DNA of 64,000 bases. Source: Antedon mediterranea (Eukaryota > Animalia > Echinodermata). The stretch is from contig NC_092674.1 in NCBI RefSeq assembly GCF_964355755.1, positions 20,274,001 through 20,338,000 on the forward strand, in the 5' to 3' direction. The notes under the pieces are model-generated. The model saw only the letters and a list, made by a program, of their open reading frames with translations, was not told the origin of the DNA and did not search any database. The position numbers and the translations under genes were made by a program. Positions 50,239 through 64,000 of this stretch are shown one piece after another (position 1 is the stretch's first letter; the number at the start of each line of letters is the position of its first letter).

Positions 50239-53200
50239 ATGGCATCTTTAGAAGAGCTATTTTCTTCCTTAGTTTTAGTATTTCTTCCGCAGCACTGTTA
50301 TGATGAGTTTTTCATTAATTTCAACTTCTTTAATGGTAAGATTAATAAGATTATTAATTAGGAGGCCTAGCCTAGCATACAGTAAGTAGGCCTAGCCTGG
50401 CCTAGCTAGCTAGGGCTAGGCGAAATCCGCATAGCCTAGCCTAGGCTAGGCATATAGGTAGGCTTAGTATGCTAGGCTTAGCTAGATGGTAGGCCTACTC
50501 TAGTAGAAGCCTAGGTAGCTGGGAGGTATTAGTTATTACTGTTTTTAAAGAAAGTATGAATATACAGGCCATCAAGTTGGAATAGGCCTAGCAACTAGAT
50601 ACTTCTTCGATAAGGTCAGGATTGGCAATCGTACCGTCAGTAAGTAACTTATTTTAGACTAGGCCTAGGTGTAGTAATAATTATTGGGCTACTACTACTC
50701 TAGCTAGCTAGCCGCTAGACTACCCCTAATAAATCGTACTCCTAGGATACTACTAGAGGCCTCTAAGTCTACTAGAATTTTGCATTTGCAAAAGGTGTTT
50801 TGAAATGATACTACTACTACTAGGCCTACTATTATTTATTGTGCTGTCAAAAATATGTCGATATCAAAGGGGCCAAACCACCAGGAACTATAATCCCCTA
50901 CTTTAATTTGGAATTAATCATATAAAAAATTGAAACTGAAGGAAATTGTATTTTCCCAAAAGGTGATTTGCAAAATGAATATGTCCAATCAAGCAATGAA
51001 TTCTATTGCATACTGTACATACAGTGTATACTGTACCAGCATAATAAACTTCATACTTTGCTATTCTTTAATTAAACAATTTGTACCAGCAATTTTACTT
51101 TTTTTATTGTAGTGTTGATCAGAAATAACAAATTGTGATGTTTTATAAATATTTACATAAAAAGATTACTTAATTTCTATTGAAATTATTAAGCAATTGG
51201 CATTATTATAATAGCTAGTTACAAAAATTATGTTCAATTGAACTAAAATTTTGATTTTCATTTATTTCAAGTTCCTTGAACCTTTTCCATTTACTGTTTA
51301 TAAATACTGTAATTTGTAATATTTTATCATTTTAAATATTGTTTAGATAACTTTTACTGAATTTAGTTAGTTAACTATGAATAGTTTATTTATTTTATAT
51401 ATGTTAGATAATGCAAATGAATTATTTACAAAATATTTTGTTTTCAAAATTTCTCCTCGTATTTTTTCTACTATCTGTTATTTCCTTCTTTTCATGAATT
51501 TACTGTCTGCCACTCTTTATTTAATTTGCATCAGAATGTTGATTGTTGATGTTCAGTATATATTACATGAAAAAGATAATAATTTAAATAGATCGTAAAT
51601 AATACAAGTTTGCAAGTTTCTTCACTCTCAGCTCACAAACTTCCTCATCTCTTATTGGTTTGTGCATTTAATTTTTCAACAGAAGCAGCTAAAAATGTAT
51701 CTAAATCTTACTATTTTTGTTGTTATAGAAACATGTCTGAAGATTGCATTAACAAAAGGTCTTGGGATTGGAATCATTGCAGGCTCTGCAATGGGTAAGA
51801 GTTAGTGTAGTATTTGTACTGAAGCTGTATATAAAGTTACTACTAGTAGTACTACTAGTAGTACTACTAATGTAATAAATAATAATTTGCAGATATCTTA
51901 TACTGTAAAACCTCAAACTAAATCAATTCTTTTAATATGATATGATTATAAGACGATCATACATTTCTCGAAAAGAAGCACATACTACTGTATCCCGAAA
52001 AGAAAAGATTTCGAGTTAGCTTCTTTTCAAGATTACTTTTGCAAGCCACAGTGTACCAAATGCATGTTCAGACTAACATCCTTAACCCTTTCAATGCGTA
52101 TACCCGCTACTACTGTGTATAAACAAATGTCATTGAACTGTGCATCCCAGCATGACCAGATATAGGAAAAACAGTTATTTAATCGTATTTGCCTATATAA
52201 ACATACCTATAAACTTGAATATATTTGCAATTCATTAAAACTAGTTTCCAGCACAACATGTGCCCTCTATACCATCTTAAACTTTTCAATTCAATTTGCG
52301 CCCTCTATATACTTTTCTATCACAGTAAAATGTTGTTATTTCTCCAATTTTCCTTTTTATTATTGTTTCATTTTTTATACATACCCTCATCATTATGCAG
52401 GTTGGTAAAAATCATTCCATAAGAAACCTTTTCAGTAAAAAAACTGTTCTTCCAGAGGGAGCTTATATTTTGTTTGATCAAATCTTGAGTTATCTCCTTG
52501 TTACTGTTCTTGTAATTTGTCTTCTTCTGAAGACACATGGCCGTCATTGACAGATACTTAGTATCAGTTGACTTCACTGATGGTTTACTCGAGATCCATC
52601 TTTATATCCTGCTATACACTTTCATGTTAATTATTGATCTTATATAACATTGAGAATACGAGCTACAGTACGTTACATATATCTTGGAATTAATTATTTG
52701 TATAATTTCTTTAATTTATAAGTTAAGATTCCTCAGATGCTAAAGATAATGAAGGCAAGAAGTGGTGAAGGTATCAGTGTACCAGGCAACCTATTGGAGA
52801 TGTTTGCAATCTCATCCTCATGGTCTTACGCCGTTGCCAGAAGCTTTCCATTCACGTATGTAGTAATTATATTCATGTAAAATTAACCACCACTGAATAA
52901 AATTTTATCAAATTCATTATTTTATGCTACTAAAGAAATATTTCCTCTGTCACAGAATGAAAATATAAATTTGTTTCCATTGCCTATTCTATATAATAAC
53001 AATAACATTAATTATTTATTAAATAACAATAACAAACACTTTTCTACTTTAATTCAATTAATCCGCTACTATTAGATGGTAGGCTCGGCCTAAAACGTAT
53101 GTGCATATGCGCAAAGAAAAAAAGGCAGCATTTATACAAAAAAGCAATACATAATAGATATTGTATACATTATTTATCATTAGTTTTAATCATTTGTTTT

Positions 53201-54618
53201 CAGTGCTTGGGGCGAGGCGTTGTTTCTAGCTATTCAAACCAGTATTATCATTGTCCTCTGTTTGGTGTATGCTAAGAAGTCATCCTATGCCGTAGTTTAC
53301 TTGGTTATATACACAGGTGTCATGTATGTTCTATTATCTGGCCTCACCCCAGTCAATGTATTAGCAACGTTACAGGCTTGTAACATGCCGGTGATGATTG
53401 TCTCTAGAGTAAGTACTGCATGTTATTGAGCACAATATCAATAGCCGATTAAAATTCACAGTTAGTTTTCAGAGGCATAGCTGTCTGGGGTCTGACAGAC
53501 CCTGGTGTTGACCTAAGAAAATTTGGAAAAATAGAGCTGCTACCTGTAGGTCCCTGGAAATGGATCTCATGAATTAAAGTACTTCAGCGCCAACATGCCT
53601 GGTTTAAAAAATGGAACTGTTAGGTCCCTGGAAATTGGATTTATACTTTGAAATATGAAATACAATTATAAGCCTCTAGCAGGATAAGCCCACCATGTTT
53701 GGGGTGGAGACAATTTTTAAAAAAATAGAGTTGCTAAGCACTTATACTTATATTTCACATTTGGTGTAGCCTCTGATAAAAAAACTAGCAATTTTTAACA
53801 CAGGTCACAGTAAGATTGACATAGATTTTTTACATAGTATCTGTCAGACAGAAAGTCTCCATTATAAGTTGAAAACTTCTCCTGCATACAGAAAGCTTTT
53901 CTGTATATTGAAAACCTTTCCTGCATACTGGAAACATTTCCTGCATACCGAAAACTTTTCCTGTATACTGGAAACTTTTCCTGCATACTGGAAACTTTTC
54001 ATGCATACTGGTAACTTTGCCTGCATACTGGAAACTTTTCATGCATACTGTGGAAATTTGTCTGCATACTGGAAACTAAACAGTTCCTGCATACTGGAAA
54101 CGTTTCCTATATACTTAAAACTTTCTCTACATATTGGAATATTTTCCTGTATATTGGAAACTTTTCCTGTGTACTGGAAAAGTTATTGTATACTGTAGTT
54201 TCCAGAGTGTAGCGAAAGTTTCCAATATATACAAAAAAATGAAAATGTCCAGTAGGAAAAGTACATAGAGAAAGCAAATCATGTTTGTATCCCACCTCCT
54301 TCTACAGTATGTTGCATTTGACACAGGATTAAAAACCCAGGTGTGATACTGAAAATGTTACTTTTATTTTTTTAGATGATCCAAATTGTGACAAATATAC
54401 GTAATGGACACACTGGCCAATTGTCAGCCATCACAATGGTACTGATCTTCCTGGGTAGCGTAGCACGGATATTTACATCCATTCAGGAAACAGGTGACAT
54501 GGTCCTTGTATGTGTCTTTATTAGCTCATCTACATTTAGCGGATTAATAGTTCTTCAAATGTTCTGGTATTGGAACGTTACTAACGAATATTTGAAGCAA
54601 AAGGCTAAGGTTGAATAA
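50239..54618 (+). CDS. MPDU1: Mannose-P-dolichol utilization defect 1 protein (PQ-loop family), 247 aa
   Basis: Exons 50239-50335, 51729-51794, 52723-52855, 53204-53408, 54376-54618 splice in frame (744 nt, all GT-AG). Motifs CYDEFF, CLKIALTKGLGIGIIAGS, VKIPQ, FPFTAWGEALFL, NGHTGQLSAIT, ARIFTSIQETGD, FWYWN. Confidence 0.95.
53870..54185. repeat. 20-bp minisatellite in MPDU1 intron 4
   Basis: Roughly 15 copies of ctgcatactggaaacttttc, followed by a few inverted degenerate units at ~54197-54232. Confidence 0.9.
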
Positions 54619-55337
54619 CCAAAACATATTAAATAATTTCTTCTAGTTTCATAAAATAATTTTTTTTAAATTATTCATTTGAATTTTAAACCAAACACTA
54701 TGGTTCTTATCAGTGCACACTAAATTTAGCCTGCAGAAAAAAGTTTTATCAGTCTGTTTCGTTTTTTGATGGTGAAAATAAAAAATGTCATTATTTTTAT
54801 TCTCTTCTGTTTATATATTTCACAATGTTTCAATATGTAATGTAAAAGTTTAGGCCTAACTAACAAGTTCTATGACTGGCTAGCCTACGACATAATTATG
54901 ACCTGTTGACCTTGCATACATACAGCGCATGCCATTAAATTCTAGAGATAAAAGTTTCACGAAATCCTGCACCAAAACTGAAAGATGCCGACATAAACCA
55001 TAAATGTATTTCTCATGGCCTAAAGAGCTGGTCAAATTTATCAACTTGTGAAAATATTGCCATTTCATATGATTAATGCATTGTTAAATTAATTTACTAG
55101 GTTATCTGGCAACATTTTAGAATTTAAAAAAATGGTATGGTCTATCATTTATGAGATTGTACATTTCTAACTGTAATGAGGCCGTATACTGCAGTCGTGT
55201 GCACAAATTTTAGTTTGCATTTGCACATGACTAAAAATGAATGCACATTTTCAGAAACATGCATTGATACTGAATGTAATCCCATTGAATCATATGTTAA
55301 TTCAGAACTTTTTAGCTAACTAAGGAACAAAGTACGC

Positions 55338-55649
55338 TATAACAGTGGGCTTTTCATTTATTACAACATAATAAATATGTTTATTATAAGATTATTATTT
55401 TAACATAAATGAATAAATATTTATTGTTCAGCCCAATAAGAAGGCTGACTGCCTCTAAAACGTATAGGCTAAACAACAATGTATGCAATAACAGTGGGCT
55501 TTTCATTTTTCACAACATAATAAATATGTTTATTATAAGATTATTATTTTAACATAAATTTATAAATATTTATTGTTCAGCCCAATAAGGAGGTGACTGC
55601 CTCTAAAACGTATAGGCTAAACAACAATGTATGCAATAACAGTGGGCTT
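55338..55649. repeat. ~150-bp tandem duplication
   Basis: ataacagtgggcttttcattt..cagcccaataag..ctctaaaacgtataggctaaacaacaatgtatgca twice, plus the start of a third copy. Confidence 0.85.
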
Positions 55650-56630
55650 ATTATTATTATTATTGTTATTATTAAATTATTATTTTAAATATTTAATTTT
55701 AATGTTTGAACACAAATAATATATAAACGATTTATCTTAATTAACATGACCAGTCTCTTAGTCATTATCTACATTAATTATGGAAAGAACTAGAAAATAC
55801 AGCATGTCCTATCATGGATTTTAGAAACTTTAGACCTACATAATATTTTAATGCAAGTTTAAACTTTAAAAATATATTTCCCCCCAGAAAATTAATCTAT
55901 GATGGTCAATAAGCTTCTGCAGACAGGTACAAAATAACAACCATCTGCTAAATTCATTCTTACTTTGTTTACAGCAAATCTGGCTTGTTACATAACCATA
56001 GAGTTATAAAATGTATAACTCCATGCAATAACCAGCTATGAACCCCAAGTACCAATCTTTCTACTTTTTATGCCGTTTATGCATTACGTCATTCTATTCT
56101 AATTAATCACACATAACGGGTTGTAACTAGCGCCATCCCATAACTTTAAAAGTAATTTCAATGTATTAACAATTGTATTGTAATTTTTTAAAATACTGGT
56201 TATATAGTGGGGTATAGCAGTTCCAATAATTTACAATGAAAAGGACCCACCTTGAAGGCTTATCTAAATATGCTGCACCCAACGTTTAGTAGAAATATAG
56301 TTACAGTGTCCGCTTTTAAGCTGATTTAAAATTCCATGTCTGTCGCCCTCTAATGAGTATAGTTTATATCATGGTTGTGGTGACTACCAATCAAAAAGTA
56401 AATAATTATTTTTCCCGGAATATAGTTTTGATGAATAAAAAATAAATGAATCAACTAGTGTACTTTGCTTTGTTTATTTGTATTAACTGTATGCATATGG
56501 TATTTTAAACCTTAACACAAGACGCGGAATACTCGCTGTTTATAATAATCTAGTGACTTTCTGCCTGAATGGTCCTCATCTCGTTGCCGTGTCGTACTTG
56601 GAATAATAGAAACGAACCGGGGGTTCATAT

Positions 56631-57576
56631 TATACAGATATTGACTGCTTAGAGGTTAAATATAAGATTTGACATCCCCGAGGGAATGATATTAAGTTCG
56701 AGGGAATATATATTTCCCGAAGCGCCAGCTGAGGGAAATATATATTCCCCGAGAACTTAATATCATTCCCGAGGGGATGTCAAATCATATATTTAACCGA
56801 TATAAAAGGCAATATCTGTTATATTATATAGCCAAGAACAAGTCTGCTGGGTTGGGTGAAGCTAGGCTAGCTAGTAGGCGGCAGGCCTCCTTTTGTATTG
56901 TATTTAAAACAAGCCTGCCTAGACACCTTACCTTGCGAAGAATAATATACAGATAATAATTAATGATTCCTTGGCAATAAAATATTCACTTAGGCCTAGG
57001 TCGTTTAAATTAACAGAAGAATTTCCATCAATAAGCCTATTAATAATAATATTATAATCAGGTAGGCCGAATAAACAATTCGTCGTCTTCTCGATCTTCG
57101 AGGAGCCGAATCACCGGATGTTCAGCGCGTACTAGTTACTAGGTTACTACCGTGAGTATTGACCAATCATAAACGGTGTTTCATCACATTTAGGGTGGAC
57201 TTATAACAAATGAGGGCGCTATGTATGCATAGCTTAAATAGTTTAGAAGATTAATTTCTTCAAGCAAACTCCGTGGCCCAGCGGATGAAACGTTGTCTTG
57301 CGATGGAGTGACAATTCCACCCGAGTTCAAGATCGAGTAGATGACTTTCGTTTATTTATCGGCAACGCGAGTGTTGGCACACGAAAATTACACAGTCAAT
57401 ATCATCGTACTCGAGAATCTATATGTTTAATGACAGGGGACACGATAATTACGCGAAAATTACACAGTCAATATCATCGTTCTCGAGGATATATACGATT
57501 TACGATCCTCGCAGCGGTAGTCATGTGATGCAGTTTCAACCAATCACGTTAGTGTATTTACATAGGCTATGTAATA
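56631..57576. mobile_element. Element with large terminal hairpin (Crypton-like non-autonomous, tentative)
   Basis: ~190-bp palindrome 56631-56822, then tattatatagcc whose inverse ggctatgtaata closes the element at 57565-57576; no TSD. Confidence 0.5.
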
Positions 57577-60500
57577 TAGTGTCCTAACTATACCTCATAG
57601 TCATAGTATATTTTATTTGTCCATCATAATAAAATAATAGAGATGTGTTTTGAAAGCTGTCATATATTTTAAAGAAATATATATCTGAACTGATTGAAAT
57701 AGACTCACCAAAGCCGTGTAGTATTTTTTTTAATGATTATCTTCGAGTGCAGATGTGATGAAGAAGAGAAACATTACACAAGCTTAGTAGTGATGGATGT
57801 TTTTTTAATCCGTATATTTTATGGATTTACTTACTGTATGTAGGCCATGTAGAAAAGTGCCTTGATATTAGTTACAATAAAATGCATCACTCCATAATAT
57901 CAAGCACAAAAACTGAAAGGACCTGTCATGGTGTGGTCTGTAAAACTACTATTGATTACTATAGTAGATTTACAGTACCAAAAAAAAAAGACAATCAAAC
58001 AAAACATAAAATGTTCTAAATCATGAGGAAATAAATGTCTAATATAAATCTTTTTTTTGTAACTAACCAAAGAGATACATTTAAACCGTTGTTAAAAACA
58101 GCTCTTGTTTCTCGAGAGTTTATTGTTTTTTTTAATAGACCGTAGACATAATACATTTACACATTATGTTTTCAATAATGATAATTATACCTTCCATGGA
58201 TATACGATTTATAAATCATACATAGCCCCCTCAACCTGCTAAGGTAGCACAATTATCGAAAATATTTTGATTTCTCCCTTATCCATACCGTCTCTTCTAC
58301 CCACTGATGCATATGTAAGCATGATTTAAGAAGCTGATCTTATTTTGTATTTAAAATAAAAAAAAGAAGAAAACCGAATCAAACAATGAAGCAAACTTTG
58401 TTTTAAGTCTTTACAACTTCATATCAATTTGTTTTTTCTTTTGGATTGTATTTTGTACATTAAAGCATTAAGGTAACCAACCGTGTATTTTTAAAATACG
58501 AACAAAAACATAAATTAATCCAATAATATTCCTAAAAAGTTCTAAATCATGTGGAAATAAATATTTATAATATAAATCTTTTTTTTTAAATTAAACCAAA
58601 GAGATACATTTTAAACCGTTGATAATTATAAATCGTATATCCATGAAAGGTATATGATTAATTATTTCTCAATTACTGCTCAATTATTTAGTATTTTTTG
58701 TTTAATGAGGAAGATGTAATAAAGACAATTATAAATTCTTTGAACTTCTTCAAGAGTGCATTCTTTCAACTGTTTTCTTAGTTTAGGCATTTCTTCTTTA
58801 TACTCTCTAATCACTTGTTTTTATATTTAGTGTGTCGTGAATTATAGATTTTATATTATTTATATAATGTTTAATTATTTTGAATTTATTTATCGTATGT
58901 GGTAAATTACAAACTTATTTAATTTTTAATACTCTATTCTAGAAACATTGCAATACAGGTATAACATTCCAAGAAAACAAACAAGAAATATTTTATTATT
59001 TTATCTTTACAAACTAAATGCGTTAGTATTCTGTATTAATACAAAGAAAATAACTAAACAATGCAGGGGGAAATATGAGAATACAAACGCCACTAGTTCC
59101 TTGTATGGTTGTAGCAAATGAAAGTTTAGGATAAAATCAAATAAAGTAGGCCATGATACTAAATTTACCATAGACTTATTTTTATATACAACAATATTTT
59201 CTTGTTGCTTAGTCGCAACCCATTTACGGCGCCGACACTTCTTTTAAATGGTTTTTAACGAGAAAATACTTGAAAATCGGCAAGGAGGCCATGCGCCGGA
59301 TCTTTAAAACGTACACGTAACAAAAGTGTACTGTAGACAGCCTGGCGCCAGACTTATCTGTTCTGAGTGGCTATAGCCGCGGTTAGTTTTAACATATCGA
59401 AGGTAATAGTAAAATTGGATGCTTCAGGGTGAATCCCTTTACTAAATGCTTAAGTTAATAAGTACTATTCAATAACCAAGGTCAATCTAAAAGTTATTTT
59501 GAAGCGGAATATTAGAGTGACAAGTATTATTTGTTATCGAGCGAAGAGGTTCTGGATGTTTAGAAGCACTAGGAGGTAATACACTAGCACACAATATGGA
59601 CAAATAATAAATGCTATTGTTCTAATGAAACTTGATTAGGCTAATTTAATGTGTATAAATTAAAATGGCTAAAAATCATTTGATGTAATTTTATTGTTTA
59701 TTATCCTGAATAGATATTTAATTGGTTACATTTTTTGGAGCCCAGTGAGGATGAAAATATATTTCAAAAAATCAACATTGTAAATACATATATAATTTAC
59801 AAATGATAATCTGATTTATCTATTTTCCCCTATTTATTTTCGGTATTTTCTTGTTTTAAAATAAATGTTCATGCCTACTTTTCTGTAAATAGCCCTACTG
59901 TAAATATACACTACTGGATATGAGCAGAATTCCTCCCTTATTTAGAAACTTATTATGTCGTCATGATGTGTTGAACATTTTAAAACAAGTCATGATGAGA
60001 GGCCTAACTGAATACAAGTTGTTATGTTTTATGTTACAAATGTCCTCTTCTGCATATCGACGAACGAACCCGGAGACATTAATGATTGCAATATCAATCA
60101 TCATCTGCGTAACCGTTGTTTCTTTAGATCACATTACATTTAAACATTTAACTTGTTTTTTTTGTTTGTTGTTTTGCTTTGTTTTATATTTACAAATCTC
60201 CTGATGTTTAAATTACAGTATACACATTGATTGTTCTATTTATTATATTTGTTAATTTATATTGTAATTTTTATTAATTACCTTTATTACTAAAACTAAA
60301 AATGAAAGCATGAAATCATCTGAAGTTCCATATTCCATACCTGCCTGATATTTTAGTGGTCTTAAAAATAACAGTTTTTAACTCCGCCCATGTTTAAACT
60401 CCACCTTTCTCTCCCACTTTACCACTTGGGATTAGCTCCTCCTTCGTCTTTGCTAAAGTACTTTCCCTGCTTCTGATCTAAGTTGTAAACAAACTAAAGT

Positions 60501-63500
60501 AGAAAAACTGTCGAATGAAACAAACAAAATAATAGTAGTATTTCTTACGGAACTACCACTTCCACTTTTTAATCGAATAGTTTCCTCTTTCGGTTTTGGA
60601 CATAATAATCACGATGGTTATTTAATACCACCTCTATAGTTACTCCCTTGATGGTTCCTGTGTTATTATTCAACATTATCCAGTGGGTTTGCACAGCACA
60701 TAAACATAATTCCACCTGAGCAAACGTGAGGTTGAGAAAATACACCTTCAAAGCACTCATTTTGCGGTTAATTTGAACACTTTTCGTAAACAAGCTAATA
60801 ACTGATTATTTTAGCAGAAACATGCCCTCTTCAGAAATATACTTCTATTGTTTTCAAGAACACTGTAGATTGAGAGATACTGAATTAGCTTCAAAACATA
60901 TTTTGTATCAAAATAAATTTACATTTTCTAGCCTTGATAAATAAATTATATTTATATCGTTAAAGCTATTAAAAAATAAATTTAGCATTAATACTGTATA
61001 GGCCTATTATAATTTTTATTATTATTTACCAGCAATTTGAAATTAGGTAACTAAGTACTGTAATTGTTTTTATAGATATTGTAATATTTATTTTCTAACT
61101 ATCGTTTCTTATAGATGCATTGTCGCCCCAAAAAATGAAATATGAAGATAAATAAAATCAGATTTTTAAAATGTCATTGTGCAGTTTTAAAAAAGAAAAC
61201 ATAATCGGTTAAAATTGTCTGACCACAGAAAATTAGACTGTTTTTTCAGGTATATTATCATTATTTGTCAAATTGAATTATTTTCAACAAACATTTTTAA
61301 CAATATATTTTTAAGGAACTGTTTTTTACAGTAGGTTTATAAAACCATTTAACCGGTCAATGTATTAAAAAAAAAATTAAAGAATACATTTTTCTAACAA
61401 TGTGTGTGTATTTTATGTAGGCCAATTGTGCTACATAATGAATTTACACACGTTATATACACATAATCACGCATGACTCTTGATAAAACATCTATTAGTG
61501 AATTAAAAAGTTGTAGGCATTAATAATAATTATTATTTCACAAAACCTTTAAAACCCCCATAAGAGTTAATAACTATATACAACGAGCAAGATCATGAAG
61601 TATGGAAAAACTTTGTGTTTAATTCTGGTATCTATTCATTCCTGGATCTTTTTTACACGATTTATATGAGCCTCCCTAAATTGTAATTGTTGTTCTCTTT
61701 TTAAATGAGTGTACTTATGGCTTTATTTGTTGCTTTATTATGCCAACATAAACATCAATCAAATTCTATTTTGATAATAAACAATGTACTTAAATAGGAA
61801 TTTATGGGGCTTATTGAAGATTCCACAAAAGTTGCTAAAGTCTATAAAATGAACTATAGAATTAAAACTATTGATACCGTTTCTATCGCGCGTTATTAGT
61901 TACCTGTTGTGTTGAGTTGAAAGGGTAACCACGTGCTGTGTGGTCAAAAAGTACCAACTTACAATATATAAAGGCAATTGAAACGACAACTTCCTAACCA
62001 GACCAATCTTTAATAACACATCTTTTTAATTACCTATTATGATATTTGACAGTTGATTCGACTCGCATAAACAAAATTAAATATAAGTTGTAGGAGGAGA
62101 CATTGGAAGATTTTCTTACCAGGTAATAACAAAACCTTCTCCAGGAGTCATATTTTGTCATCTCATTACCGAACATGCTCCTCCTTTTTTTAATTACCGG
62201 ATCCTCAAAATAGAATTATATATCTATAGTGAATTTTGATCAATTATTTTTTCTAAATAAAATTATGAACAGTAAGTGGCTTGGACAATAATGAGAAGTC
62301 TGACAAAAAAAACAAAAAAAAAACGAAAAAATATAAAATAATGAACAGTAAGATGTAAAATATATAATTTAAAAGTGATTATAGAGTTTGTTCTTTCATG
62401 TACTCAAACAAGCAAAACAATAGTAAAGAGTTGATGGTAATGTCTTACATAACATGGGTATTTGCGGCATAAATAACAATTTCGAGAACTCTCGACTTAG
62501 GCCTATCTCTGTGATATATATGTCTATCTCACATAATAATCCGACCCTTTACATACATTTAATAGAGTGAAAATATTACAGACGCAGCTTTTCAACCTAA
62601 ATTAAAAACTTGTTTTAATAATGTTGTTATCATTCAACGTTATTATGTTGTCTTGACGCATCAGAAAGTATCATACATACTATAATTATTTTTTATATTA
62701 TTTATTTTAAATTAAAAACACTATTTTGAAAAGGATCTTTTTAATTATCTCATACTGGTTATTTTGCACTATATACCACATCTGGTCAAGTCGTTACCTG
62801 TTACCAGACTAATAACAATACTATCCCGCCGAAGGGGATGACAGATATTCACGATCCATGGAAAACTTTTCATTACGCGTCTCAGGTATTACAGGTTTGA
62901 TTTTAAAAGCTTCCCATGACTTTGCTATTGTTCAGTGCAGCCAAAAGTCTGAATTGTGTGGCAGAGAAAGACAAACTGTTCACGCAACAGCGATCATAAA
63001 GATCCGGGCCTGGCCAACCTTTTTATTATAGATGATTAAAGAATAAAGTGAACTTTTTTATTTGAAAAATAGAAAACCGCATAACCACAGCACAATGATG
63101 AACTGTAAAGTGTATCAACATATATTTGAAATATTGATCCCTTAAGCAAAAATTATGAAGGACCCGATTTAAATGTTAATCAGTCCGTGATTTGTAATAT
63201 GTCGTTTGAACTATATAAATGAAAAGAAACTTTTTGGGATTACGTGTGCTATTCGTTTGGTTGTGATATCCAACAACCGTACTTAAACTCCTTACATTAT
63301 TTATATACCTATTCGCCATTGTTTTGAGTTCCATGTTTTACCTAGTCAACTTATAAGTTGGTCAAGAGTGACGAATTGTCTTCGTGGCATCAAATATGGA
63401 GGAATTTTATAGTTTACTATTTTAGTGTTGTATGTCTACGCTCTATTCTGTAACCATCCAACCAACAATACCGATCATTATGCATCAGAAGTAATCCTCT

Positions 63501-64000
63501 ATGCAGGAAATTTTATAGTAAATGCTTCATTTTGTGAGGATTGTGTTGTTTAAGTATATTGTCTTAGTATGTGTAGCATTGTGGTGTGACTTGTGAAAAT
63601 TATATAGTTCCTTTAGGTTTGTTACAGCAATGTATTTGGAATGATTTTAAGACAAGCTATGAGTTGCTGTGTTATTGCAATGGTTGTAGAGAACCATGTT
63701 CCATTCTTTTATGAATTCATTCTTAAATCTATCATTAGTTTTAAAACTAAGATTGAAAATAGTTGCTTAAAATATTCCAAACTGTACAGGAAATGACCCA
63801 ACTACTATGCATAATAACTTCTTTTTTTAGTACTTTTCAAACCTTATTTGTTGCAAACATGAACTCACCATTCTGTAGTCGAATCTCTTTAGGCCTATGC
63901 AACTATTTGTATTATTATTTGTATAGTGTTTGTTTCTCTTGATATGAACCTGAAATAAAATTAAATTGTTTTGTTAACCATCTTTTCACATTCGCATAGG

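Noticed and set aside
48231-50361. ORFs sharing SRLSPKRTDGGTLVRKK
   Set aside because: Translations of the two TIRs; only MASLEE.. from 50239 is real (MPDU1 exon 1).
53795-54324. Several overlapping repetitive ORFs
   Set aside because: Products of the 20-bp intronic minisatellite.
57268-57340. tRNA/SINE-like A box (gtggcccagcgg) and B box (gagttcaag)
   Set aside because: I could not fold a cloverleaf; it lies within a repeat; tRNAscan-SE would be needed.
60340-63740. Exon-like minus-strand segments with GT/AG signals
   Set aside because: Stops in the frames tried and no recognisable protein family; possibly a decayed gene but unsupported.

Overview
AT-rich eukaryotic (invertebrate) genomic DNA with spliced genes. 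The U1 and TLR types are compatible with an echinoderm, but that is inference. Host genes: a U1 snRNA gene (2961-3125), a 3' U1 pseudogene fragment (~33407-33450), two tandem two-exon short Toll-like receptor genes (35331-37307, 42862-44800) and a five-exon MPDU1 gene (50239-54618). Most of the rest is transposon-derived. A ~20-kb stack of nested non-autonomous DNA transposons (3189-23151) is at least five levels deep, can be ordered by target-site duplications (TSDs), and includes an internally deleted P-element/THAP transposase. Also present: a near-full-length frameshifted LINE (EN+RT), DINE-1/HINE-like elements, a 689-bp triplication, and a MULE-like insertion 73 bp upstream of the MPDU1 ATG. 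Many tiny palindromes look like transposon excision footprints. Coordinates were counted by eye, and TE superfamily labels rest on TIR/TSD rules, not database searches.
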